From NCBI GenBank assembly GCA_024399115.1, contig JAKSHZ010000004.1, positions 52-64,051 on the forward strand: a stretch of 64,000 nucleotides of DNA. Reading direction: 5' to 3'. Shown piece after piece: positions 39,729 to 47,975 of the stretch (its first letter is position 1; each line of letters opens with the position of its first letter). The notes beneath the pieces were generated by a model that saw only the letters and a program-made list of their open reading frames with translations, was not told the origin of the DNA and did no database searches. The position numbers and the translations under genes were made by a program. This DNA is from Bacilli bacterium (GTDB taxonomy: Bacteria; Bacillota_I; Bacilli_A; RFN20; CAG-826).

Positions 39729-40454
39729 ATGAAAAAGTTAGACAAGTTACTAAAAGGACATAAGCATATCTGCTTCCTAGACTTCGAAGGAACACAATTT
39801 TCTCATGAAATGATCGCTCTTGGTGCTGTTATGGCAACCTTAGATAAAAAGGGCGCAATCAAATCAACAAAATTACCCTACAAAGTCTTCGTTAGAGCGC
39901 ACAACAAAATTGGAAACTATGTAACTAATTTAACTGGCATTACTGAAGATCAATTGAAAGAACAAGGAATTAGTTTTTCAAAAGCTATGGAAGGCCTCAA
40001 GAAATACTGTGGCATGGCTTTTTCGAAATGCACATTCTGTACTTTCGGCAATCACGATATGAGAATTTTATCTCAATCAATTGCTTATAATTTTGATTTT
40101 CCAAAGGAAATAGTCTCACAAATTCAAAAAAATTATTTAGACTATTCAGCATTCATCAGTGAGTTTATTAAAGACGACAAGGGAAATCCATTATCTTTAA
40201 TTCACTACTGCGAAAAATTTGAAGCTGAGATTGTTGGACCAAATCACGATCCAAGTTCAGATGCAGTAAACCTTTGCACTCTATATAATGCATTCATCAA
40301 AAAATCAGAATTAGTAGGAGAAGAATACAAGAAAGTTTTGGGGAATTTTTCTAGAGTTCCAGAAGTCGTTAAACCTATAATTGCAAAATTATTAAACGGC
40401 GAAGAAGTAACTCCAAGAGAATTTGACGACGAGATTAAGAAATTTTTATCATGA
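39729..40454 (+). CDS. DEDDh-family 3'-5' exonuclease (DnaQ-like), possibly MrfB/YprB-like
   Basis: Exo I FLDFEGT, Exo II-like FGNHD and Exo III H-x4-D (HDPSSDA). The start may be 39720 or 39729. Confidence 0.65.
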   Translation: MKKLDKLLKGHKHICFLDFEGTQFSHEMIALGAVMATLDKKGAIKSTKLPYKVFVRAHNKIGNYVTNLTGITEDQLKEQGISFSKAMEGLKKYCGMAFSKCTFCTFGNHDMRILSQSIAYNFDFPKEIVSQIQKNYLDYSAFISEFIKDDKGNPLSLIHYCEKFEAEIVGPNHDPSSDAVNLCTLYNAFIKKSELVGEEYKKVLGNFSRVPEVVKPIIAKLLNGEEVTPREFDDEIKKFLS

Positions 40455-41038
40455 TCAAATACCCAGACGGACGAGAATATTCACCTAATAAAACAAAACA
40501 AAAATTAACAAAATTCGAAATCTCAATATCATCTAGTAATAGAGGTATGAGTTTTGAGGAAGATATAAATATTTCCAACGAATACTACTCCACACACGGG
40601 GTTGCTTTAATCACGAAAAGACCAACTCCAATCAATGTTGTTCATGTAGATTATACTAATGGTCCACATATTACAGATGCATACTTCGAGCAACAGTCAA
40701 CAACTGACTATAATGGCATATATCGCGAGAAGTACATCGATTTTGAAGCAAAAAGTACAAAGTCAAAAACGTCATTTCCACTTGCAAATATCTCCCATCA
40801 TCAAATAGAACATCTTAAGGAAGTAGTTAAATATGGAGGTATTGGATTCTTTATTATTAACTTTGAAAAATACGACGAAACTTACATTCTTTCTGCAGAA
40901 CAATTAATAAGTTTTATGCAACTCAATAAAAGAAAATCTATCCCATATCAATACTTCAAAGAAAAAGCCATGAGTGTTACACATGGCTATTATCCAAGAT
41001 TATATTATCTCGAAGCAGTAGATGAATTATTTTTCTAA
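40451..41038 (+). CDS. recU: Holliday-junction resolvase RecU
   Basis: 195 aa; YY..HG.A...K.PTP...V pattern and a D..EAK catalytic region (IDFEAK). Overlaps the exonuclease stop (ATGA). Confidence 0.8.
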   Translation: MIKYPDGREYSPNKTKQKLTKFEISISSSNRGMSFEEDINISNEYYSTHGVALITKRPTPINVVHVDYTNGPHITDAYFEQQSTTDYNGIYREKYIDFEAKSTKSKTSFPLANISHHQIEHLKEVVKYGGIGFFIINFEKYDETYILSAEQLISFMQLNKRKSIPYQYFKEKAMSVTHGYYPRLYYLEAVDELFF

Positions 41039-41664
41039 TGTCTATTGCAATATTCTTTTAATTTACAGCGATCGCAAATTGGACTTTGAGCTTTACAAAT
41101 CGCTCTACCAAAGTGAATGAATTGATGATGAAGTTTAATCCAATTTTCTCTCTCAAAAGTCTTTTTTAGTTTTGCTTCACATTCGATAGGTTCATCTTTC
41201 AAAGAACACAAACCTAAACGTTTAGAAATTCTTAAAACATGTGTGTCTACAGGAAATTCTGGAATCTTAAAAACTTCGGCTCTTGTGACACATGCTGTTT
41301 TGTTTCCGACACCAGGTAATTTAGTCAATAACTCGGTATCACATGGCACTTTTCCATCGAAATCGCTTAATAAAGTTGAGACTATTTCCTTTAATCTTTT
41401 GGCTTTATTTTTATATATTCCAATAGGTTGAATAGTTTTTTCAACTTCCTCTAAACTTACACTATTGAGTTTCTCTAAAGTATCGTACTTAGAAAATAAA
41501 ACATCTGTAACACTATTTACAGCGACATCTGTAGTCTGAGCAGAAAGCATTACAGCTATTAATAATTCGTAGTCAGTTTTATAGTGCAATTCGCAACCTA
41601 CATTTGCGAATTCTTCATCCATAAATTCTTGGATTTCTTTTAACTTATTTTTTTGATTTTTCAT
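41035..41664 (-). CDS. nth: endonuclease III
   Basis: HhH-GPD motif LPGVGNKTA...D and a C-terminal 4Fe-4S cluster CKAQSPICDRCKLKEYC. Confidence 0.9.
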   Translation of the reverse strand: MKNQKNKLKEIQEFMDEEFANVGCELHYKTDYELLIAVMLSAQTTDVAVNSVTDVLFSKYDTLEKLNSVSLEEVEKTIQPIGIYKNKAKRLKEIVSTLLSDFDGKVPCDTELLTKLPGVGNKTACVTRAEVFKIPEFPVDTHVLRISKRLGLCSLKDEPIECEAKLKKTFERENWIKLHHQFIHFGRAICKAQSPICDRCKLKEYCNRH

Positions 41665-42304
41665 CTTGATCTAACCAAGGTGTCTTTGCAATTTTAATTG
41701 TTTCTTCTAATGATTTATTCCAATCAGGTGAAATTGTAGTAATTCCATCTGTCTCTATATCATTTCTACTTTGCCAGATAGTTAAAACCTTATCCATAGA
41801 GCGAATTGTTTTCTTTCCTTTGGATAAACATTCTTTACATGCATCAACAATTGTTTCAACTCTATATCCAGTCATAATCCATTCTTTAACCTTTGATACT
41901 TCTAAAGGTGAAAGTTGTCTTACGAACATTTTTTCAATTTCTTTTGTGGCTTTTTTAACGTTTGAGGAAACTTCTCTATCACTTTCTGAGACGTCGTCTC
42001 TACTAACGCTATTTTCAAAATCCTCATAAAGCTTTTCTTTTAAGGGGTTTAAAGAACAAACAGTCTTTGAACCTGAGACATTATATTCTAAATAACCTTT
42101 ATTTATTAAATCAGCGAGAATCTTATCAATTTCTTTAACATCTAAGCTCATCTTAAAAGACAAAAGATCAGCAGTAATGAAAGGGTTGCCTTGAGATATT
42201 AAATGCTCAATAACAAAAATAGTAGCGAGAGTGTTCTCGTTAAGTTTCATTTTTTTATAATTGTCGAGTAAAAGATATTTAAAATCTAAAGCGCCACTAA
42301 CCAT
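41645..42304 (-). CDS. dnaD: replication initiation / membrane attachment protein DnaD (DnaD-domain)
   Basis: N-terminal winged-helix-like region and a C-terminal DnaD_dom pattern (YRVETIVDAC...VLTIWQ). Directly upstream of nth, as in B. subtilis. Confidence 0.65.
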   Translation of the reverse strand: MVSGALDFKYLLLDNYKKMKLNENTLATIFVIEHLISQGNPFITADLLSFKMSLDVKEIDKILADLINKGYLEYNVSGSKTVCSLNPLKEKLYEDFENSVSRDDVSESDREVSSNVKKATKEIEKMFVRQLSPLEVSKVKEWIMTGYRVETIVDACKECLSKGKKTIRSMDKVLTIWQSRNDIETDGITTISPDWNKSLEETIKIAKTPWLDQDEKSKK

Positions 42305-42313
42305 AAAGTGCTA

Positions 42314-42994
42314 TTACTTTATCACATCTAAATATTTTTGGATATTGAAATATTTAAATATTTCTATAATCTCCTCTTTGCTAGAATTTCTAATTTTCTT
42401 AATGTCTTGTTTAATTTTATCTGGGTTTAAGCTGTCTAATAGAGGCGTACATGCCTTAATTGCATCGATAAGTTGTGAATCTAATTCAAACTTGTAGGTT
42501 AGAAAAAATCTAATTGCTCTAATAATTCTTAATGGATCTTCATTAAAACGTTTAATTGGATCGCCAATCATTCTTATAACCCTGTTATCAATGTCTTTAA
42601 CTCCATCAACAAAGTCATATACATGTAAATTAGTATCCATATATAGACCGTTGATTGTGAAGTCTCTACGCTTATAGTCGTCTTCTAATTTCTTAGTGAA
42701 TACAATGCTTTTTGGATGACGAAAATCAGAATACTCTTCCTCTATCCTAAGGGTTGTAATATCAAATTTCATGCCTTCAAAAGGCACTTTTACAAACCCA
42801 AATCTAGAGAAAGTAAAATCGGCATCTAAAAGAAAGCCCTTCATCTCATCAGGAGTAGCGTCTGTGACTAAATCTACATCGTTAAACCCACCATATAGCA
42901 AGTAATCGCGTACTGAGCCTCCAACAAAGTATAAAGAAAAGCCTTCTTTTTTGAAGAGCATTTCTAAGTTTTTAACGATTGAAATAACGTCCAT
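42314..42994 (-). CDS. cca: minimal CCA/poly(A)-polymerase-family nucleotidyltransferase (head plus neck only, 226 aa)
   Basis: Class-II motifs A (GGSVRD...DVDLVT), B (RRDFTING) and D (EDPLRIIRAIRF) are present. There is no room for a body/tail domain: dnaD starts 10 nt downstream. Confidence 0.7.
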   Translation of the reverse strand: MDVISIVKNLEMLFKKEGFSLYFVGGSVRDYLLYGGFNDVDLVTDATPDEMKGFLLDADFTFSRFGFVKVPFEGMKFDITTLRIEEEYSDFRHPKSIVFTKKLEDDYKRRDFTINGLYMDTNLHVYDFVDGVKDIDNRVIRMIGDPIKRFNEDPLRIIRAIRFFLTYKFELDSQLIDAIKACTPLLDSLNPDKIKQDIKKIRNSSKEEIIEIFKYFNIQKYLDVIK

Positions 42995-42996
42995 TC

Positions 42997-43281
42997 TTAT
43001 TTGTTGAGTTCGTCTTTAAAAATTCTTGAAGGCTTAAATGATACTGACTTCTTTTCAGAAATAATGATTTGCTTATGACTTGTAGGATCAGTACCTTTTC
43101 TTGATTGTTTTGTGATTGGTGTAAAAGAACCAAAAGTAGAGATACTTACTTCTGTGTTGTTAAGTAAGTTTCCCTTAATATATTCGAAAGTAACTGCGAT
43201 TGCTGCAGCTGCATCTTTTTTAGAAAGGTGAGCTTCTTCTGCAACAACTTCGATTAAATCTAGTTTATTTATCTTTTTCAT
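42997..43281 (-). CDS. hup: DNA-binding protein HU
   Basis: 94 aa; N-terminal MKKINKLDLIEVVAEEA and a beta-arm region (GSFTPITKQSRKGTDPTSHKQI...KSVSFKPS) resembling the GR.PxTGE family. Confidence 0.75.
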   Translation of the reverse strand: MKKINKLDLIEVVAEEAHLSKKDAAAAIAVTFEYIKGNLLNNTEVSISTFGSFTPITKQSRKGTDPTSHKQIIISEKKSVSFKPSRIFKDELNK

Positions 43282-43287
43282 CGTAGG

Positions 43288-44610
43288 TTATCTCTCCTTT
43301 CCTTTCTTCATTCTTGTTTGAATATTAATTGGTGTACCTTCAAAATTGAATGTTTCTCTTAATCTATTGTCGATATATCTCTTATATGAGAAGTGCATAA
43401 AGTCTGGATTGTTAACAAATAAGACAATACATGGAGGAGCTGTATCAACTTGAGAACCAAAGAAGATTTTTAATCTACCACCATTGAAATCTGGTGCTTG
43501 GTTCATAATTTGAGCATCTTGTAAAACTTCGTTTAAGATACTTGTTTGAATACGAGTGTAATAAGCTTCGTGTACTTTTTCTAATGCATCAAATAGAGTA
43601 TCTAATCTTTGCTTTTTGAGAGCTGATAAGAAGATTACTGGTGCATAATCTAAGAACTTATATTCATCTCTAATGATCTTTGTGTAGTCACTCATTGTGT
43701 TTGTAGACTTATTAACTAAATCCCACTTATTAACACAGATGATAATTGCTTTGTGCAAGTCGCAAGCATATTGAATAACGTGCTTGTCTTGATCTGTAAT
43801 TCCTTCACCACCGTCGATGACAAGAACAACAATCTCGCTACGTTCGATAGCTTTTAAAGCACGTATGGCAGAGTACTTATCGATACTTTCATAGATTTTT
43901 CCGCGCTTTTTAAGACCTGCAGTATCGATAACTACATAGTCTCTATCGCCTCTCTTGAAACTTGTATCAATTGAGTCTCTAGTAGTACCTGAAACATTAC
44001 TAACGATAACTCTTTCTTGATTCAAAATTGCGTTGACTAAAGATGATTTTCCTACATTAGGTCTTCCGATAACTGAGAAAACAATCTTTTCTTCTTCCTT
44101 AACTTCTTCTCTATCAGGTAAATGAGCGATGATTTCATTCATTAAATCGCCAATACCAATACCATGAGCACCTGAAACTACCATTGGATGTCCTAAACCT
44201 AATGAATAGAATTCTTGCGCATCGGCGATATTTGCACCACCATCAATTTTATTGACGGCTAAAATAACTTTCTTTTTGGATCTATTTAAAATTCTTGCAA
44301 CTGCCCTATCGTCATTGGTGACACCAAGCTTTCCATCTGCAACGAAAACAACTACATCAGCCTCATTGATAGCGATTTCAGCTTGAGCTCTAATCTCTGC
44401 TTGGAAAGTTGTATTCTTAATTTCAATACCACCTGTATCGATAACAGAGAACTTATTTCCTAACCATTCAGCAGTCCCATAAAGTCTATCTCTAGTGATA
44501 CCCGCTTCATCATCGACAATCGCGTGACGTTCACCAACCATACGATTAAAAATCGTTGATTTACCAACGTTTGGAGATCCTACAATTGCTACGATTCCCT
44601 TATTTATCAT
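43288..44610 (-). CDS. der: ribosome-biogenesis GTPase Der (EngA)
   Basis: Two tandem GTPase domains (GSPNVGKST and GRPNVGKSS G1 motifs) plus a C-terminal KH-like domain. Confidence 0.95.
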   Translation of the reverse strand: MINKGIVAIVGSPNVGKSTIFNRMVGERHAIVDDEAGITRDRLYGTAEWLGNKFSVIDTGGIEIKNTTFQAEIRAQAEIAINEADVVVFVADGKLGVTNDDRAVARILNRSKKKVILAVNKIDGGANIADAQEFYSLGLGHPMVVSGAHGIGIGDLMNEIIAHLPDREEVKEEEKIVFSVIGRPNVGKSSLVNAILNQERVIVSNVSGTTRDSIDTSFKRGDRDYVVIDTAGLKKRGKIYESIDKYSAIRALKAIERSEIVVLVIDGGEGITDQDKHVIQYACDLHKAIIICVNKWDLVNKSTNTMSDYTKIIRDEYKFLDYAPVIFLSALKKQRLDTLFDALEKVHEAYYTRIQTSILNEVLQDAQIMNQAPDFNGGRLKIFFGSQVDTAPPCIVLFVNNPDFMHFSYKRYIDNRLRETFNFEGTPINIQTRMKKGKER

Positions 44611-45277
44611 TTTCTAATTCCTTAATTTTATTATTAATAATTTCTGTAATAGCGTTGACTACTTCTTCAATTGTCATATCTGATGTATCAACTTCAATAC
44701 TATCTTCTGCAGGTTTAAGAGGAGCGAATGCTCTACCTGAGTCGATTCTATCTCTCTTTTTGACATCTTCGACGATATCTTCATATGTACAAGCGATGCC
44801 TTTTTCCATATTTTCTTTAAATCTTCTTTGGGCTCTTACTTCAACTGAAGCAATTTGGAAGATTTTAACTTCTGCGTTTGGAAGAACATATGTTCCGATA
44901 TCTCTTCCATCCATAATAACACTGCAGTTAGCAGCCATTTTTCTTTGTAAATCGACCATTGCTAATCTGATGTCTTTATATGTAGCGATATATGAGACGT
45001 TTGCGTTAATTCTTGGTTCTCTAATAGCGCGTGTGACATCTGTTTCATTACAGAAAACTGTGCCATTTGGTCTAAGGTCAATTGAGACTTCTGGGATTAC
45101 TGCAACACAAGCTGCTTCATCTTCACAGTTAAGACCTTTCTCTAAACAATACCAAGTAAAACAACGATACATAGCACCTGTATCGATATAAACATAACCT
45201 AAATTTGATGCGATTCTTTTAGCGATTGTTGACTTTCCAGCAGCCGCAGGTCCGTCGATAGCAACAGAAATTCTCAT
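44600..45277 (-). CDS. cmk: cytidylate kinase
   Basis: MRISVAIDGPAAAGKST P-loop. Start at the internal ATG with a GGAGGG RBS; the track's 14-aa extension overlaps the upstream gene. Confidence 0.85.
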   Translation of the reverse strand: MRISVAIDGPAAAGKSTIAKRIASNLGYVYIDTGAMYRCFTWYCLEKGLNCEDEAACVAVIPEVSIDLRPNGTVFCNETDVTRAIREPRINANVSYIATYKDIRLAMVDLQRKMAANCSVIMDGRDIGTYVLPNAEVKIFQIASVEVRAQRRFKENMEKGIACTYEDIVEDVKKRDRIDSGRAFAPLKPAEDSIEVDTSDMTIEEVVNAITEIINNKIKELENDK

Positions 45278-45278
45278 A

Positions 45279-45563
45279 TTAAGCCCTCCATACTTTAATA
45301 GCCCATAAGATAATACCAAGTATTATAATGCAAAGTCCAATACCAATTGCAATAATTTCAAAAACTTTGCTATGTTTGCGAAAAAATAAGATTAAATCGA
45401 ACTTTTTTTCATCTTTTGCAGATTTAATTACTTGGTCTAACGGAAGAGTTGTAGTTTCAGTACCGCCTTTTAAAACATCTCTAGAAGAAAAATTCGCCGT
45501 TTCATCTTCAGACAAAATTGCTTTTCGATACTCTTTATATTTGTTAGTTCTTGTCTCTTCCAT
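45279..45563 (-). CDS. hypothetical C-terminally membrane-anchored protein (94 aa)
   Basis: Charged N-terminal region and a single C-terminal TM (IIAIGIGLCIIILGIILWAI). Translationally adjacent to cmk. Confidence 0.45.
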   Translation of the reverse strand: MEETRTNKYKEYRKAILSEDETANFSSRDVLKGGTETTTLPLDQVIKSAKDEKKFDLILFFRKHSKVFEIIAIGIGLCIIILGIILWAIKVWRA

Positions 45564-45619
45564 AATCTATTTTCAATTTTAATATAATTAAAACTATTTT
45601 TATAGATTAATATAAGTTT

Positions 45620-45649
45620 TTGACAACAAACGTCTTTAAGATATATAAT
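45620..45649 (+). promoter_or_regulatory. fer promoter (-35 TTGACA, 18-nt spacer, -10 TATAAT)
   Basis: Plus strand reads TTGACAacaaacgtctttaagataTATAAT, followed by an AGGAGG RBS. Confidence 0.55.
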
Positions 45650-45676
45650 GAATTCACCGATTTAGGAGGCAAATTT

Positions 45677-45856
45677 ATGGCAAAGAAAAAAGTCAAAATC
45701 GAAGCATCAGCTTGCATCATGTGTGGTGCTTGCGTAGGCAGTTACCCTGATGATTACAAATTCGGTGATGCAGGAACTGCAGAACCTGTTACTGGAGAAG
45801 CTGACGAAGATTCAGTTGGTGTCTGCCCAGTTGGTGCAATCTCTGTTGAAGAGTAA
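45677..45856 (+). CDS. fer: 4Fe-4S ferredoxin (single-cluster, Bacillus Fer-type)
   Basis: MAKKKVKIEASACIMCGACV...CPVGAISVEE (CxxCxxC...CP); AGGAGG 6 nt before the ATG. The track start at 45620 is a TTG inside the promoter. Confidence 0.8.
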   Translation: MAKKKVKIEASACIMCGACVGSYPDDYKFGDAGTAEPVTGEADEDSVGVCPVGAISVEE

Positions 45857-45861
45857 TGATA

Positions 45862-45898
45862 TAAAAAAAACTAGGTCTTAACGATCTAGTTTTTTTGT
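45862..45898. terminator. Bidirectional Rho-independent terminator between fer (+) and the ECF S-component gene (-)
   Basis: AACTAGGTC ttaac GATCTAGTT flanked by AAAAAAAA and TTTTTTTG. Confidence 0.6.
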
Positions 45899-46512
45899 GC
45901 TCCGATTTTATCAATTAAGCCATGCAATCTCTTATAGAGTACCATTGTAACTAACGCCACAATTGCATCCTTCAATAAGTTGAATGGTAATGAAATCATA
46001 AATAAGAATGGCAAACCCAAGCTTGAAACATTTGGATTAACTGCTTGACACATATTCAAGATTGCTTCTGCAGGTAAACCCATCATAAATACATAGAAAT
46101 CTAACATAACGTATGTTGTGAATACTGTAGCAACAATTACTTGAGCTACAATACCAACGCCGATAGAAATAAGTGCACCCTTAAGGTTGTGCATTTTTTT
46201 GTATAACAAACTAGCTGGAACGATGAATGCGACAGAATAAAGTAAGTCAGCTAATTCACCAACCGCCATTGTGTTTGTTAAAGGTAATTTTGCTAAAGTT
46301 TTAACAACAATAACGATAACACCACTAAGTGGTCCATATGCAAATCCAGCAATTAGAGCAGGAATTTCATCAAAATGAATCTTTAAGAAAGATGGGAAGA
46401 TTGGTAACGAGATAGAAAAGACAGGAACTAAGTATAAAATAATACTTATTGCTGCGAAAATTGCTGTTCTCGCAATGAATTTGACATCGAATTTAGATTG
46501 TTTCATGATCAA
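45886..46512 (-). CDS. ECF-transporter substrate-specific (S) component, RibU/FolT-like
   Basis: 208 aa with 5-6 TM and an FDEIPALIAGFAYGP motif resembling ECF S-components. Overlaps the parA stop by 20 nt. Confidence 0.5.
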   Translation of the reverse strand: MIMKQSKFDVKFIARTAIFAAISIILYLVPVFSISLPIFPSFLKIHFDEIPALIAGFAYGPLSGVIVIVVKTLAKLPLTNTMAVGELADLLYSVAFIVPASLLYKKMHNLKGALISIGVGIVAQVIVATVFTTYVMLDFYVFMMGLPAEAILNMCQAVNPNVSSLGLPFLFMISLPFNLLKDAIVALVTMVLYKRLHGLIDKIGAQKN

Positions 46513-47257
46513 TAATCTCCTTTGCTAATGATAGATATGCAAGAGCTCCCGAACTAGTAGGACGGTAAACAATTACTGGCTCACCACGTTGATTGCTTTC
46601 TGGGATTGAAATGTTCCTTGGAATTTGAGTAAGGAATGTATTCTCTTTGAACAAGGATCTGACTTGGATAGTAATTTCAGTATCTAGGTTCGTTTTAGCA
46701 TCATACATTGTTAAGAGGAAACCTTCAATCGATAAGCAACTATTTAATGTTGCTTGTATTTTAGATATTGTTGCAAGCATTTGAGAAATTGCTGCCATCG
46801 CGAAATATTCGCATTGAACTGGAATCAAAACAGTATTAGATGCAACGAGAGCATTTAATGTTAAGAAACCAAACGAAGGAGGGCAGTCGATTATAATATA
46901 ATCGTATTGATCAAGAATTAGAGATAAACAATCCTTCAAAATAAAGTATTTATTAGAAGCACTATCTAAATCGTCCATACTAGCTAATTTTAATTTAGAT
47001 GGGAGCAAATCTAAGTTAGGAACATCAGTTTTCTTTATTACTTTTTTAATATGTTGTTTGTCGTTTAATACGTCTAAAACACATTTATTTAATAAAGAAA
47101 TATCGAATCCTAAACCTTGAGATGCATTGCCTTGAGGATCCATATCAACGAGTAAAACACGGCGTTGATAATGAGCTAACGCCGCCGAAATGTTTATAGC
47201 AGAGGTTGTCTTTCCAACTCCACCCTTTTGATTACAAATTGAGATAATCTTTGCCAT
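46493..47257 (-). CDS. parA: ParA/Soj-family partition ATPase (deviant Walker A)
   Basis: KGGVGKTT deviant Walker A, MDPQGNAS, 254 aa. No parB follows. Confidence 0.85.
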   Translation of the reverse strand: MAKIISICNQKGGVGKTTSAINISAALAHYQRRVLLVDMDPQGNASQGLGFDISLLNKCVLDVLNDKQHIKKVIKKTDVPNLDLLPSKLKLASMDDLDSASNKYFILKDCLSLILDQYDYIIIDCPPSFGFLTLNALVASNTVLIPVQCEYFAMAAISQMLATISKIQATLNSCLSIEGFLLTMYDAKTNLDTEITIQVRSLFKENTFLTQIPRNISIPESNQRGEPVIVYRPTSSGALAYLSLAKEIIDHETI

Positions 47258-47276
47258 GGTTGTCCTATTGTATCAT

Positions 47277-47975
47277 TTATAATGATTTTTCTTTAATTAT
47301 TTTATATTCTCTTGGATATTTTTTCTCTGTTACTTTATCTTTGACAATGTAAATAATTGCTCTTTCTTCTTTAGATTCAGGAAGAATGTCGTCATAGACT
47401 TTTTCAACGTGACATCCAAGTTTCACTAAAGTGCCTCTACAATGTTCAATTTCTTCTTCAAAATTTGGCCCTTTGTATGCGAGAAGTTTGCCACCAACTT
47501 TTAAAGCAGGAACACCTAATTCGACCAAGATTCTTAATGGAGCCATTGCTCTTGCTGTGACATAGTCAAACTTTTCACGATTTTTTGATGAAAAATCTTC
47601 TGCTCTAGCATTAACGCAATCCATTTTAATTCCGTTAGTTTTGCAGAATTCATCAATAAAATCGATTTTCTTCTTTGTAGAGTCTAAGGCTGTAATGTAA
47701 TTATTAGAAAGAATAGCGAGGACTACGCTTGGGAAACCAGCGCCTGTACCCATATCTAAGATAGAAGAGTTTTTTAAGTCGACATCATTTAAAAGAATTG
47801 CACTATCAAAGATCATCTTTTCTAAAAATTCGCCTTCATCTTTAATAGCGGTTAAGTTGAATTTTTCGTTAGTTAAAAGAACGTGCTTCATGAACTTTTC
47901 TAATAAAGAATATTGTTCATCAGTGACGCCTACACATCTGATTCTGAGTTCGCTAATAAAATTACTCTTTTCCAT
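47277..47975 (-). CDS. rsmG: 16S rRNA (guanine527-N7)-methyltransferase
   Basis: SAM-binding LDMGTGAGFPS motif and the GidB fold pattern; 232 aa. Confidence 0.85.
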   Translation of the reverse strand: MEKSNFISELRIRCVGVTDEQYSLLEKFMKHVLLTNEKFNLTAIKDEGEFLEKMIFDSAILLNDVDLKNSSILDMGTGAGFPSVVLAILSNNYITALDSTKKKIDFIDEFCKTNGIKMDCVNARAEDFSSKNREKFDYVTARAMAPLRILVELGVPALKVGGKLLAYKGPNFEEEIEHCRGTLVKLGCHVEKVYDDILPESKEERAIIYIVKDKVTEKKYPREYKIIKEKSL

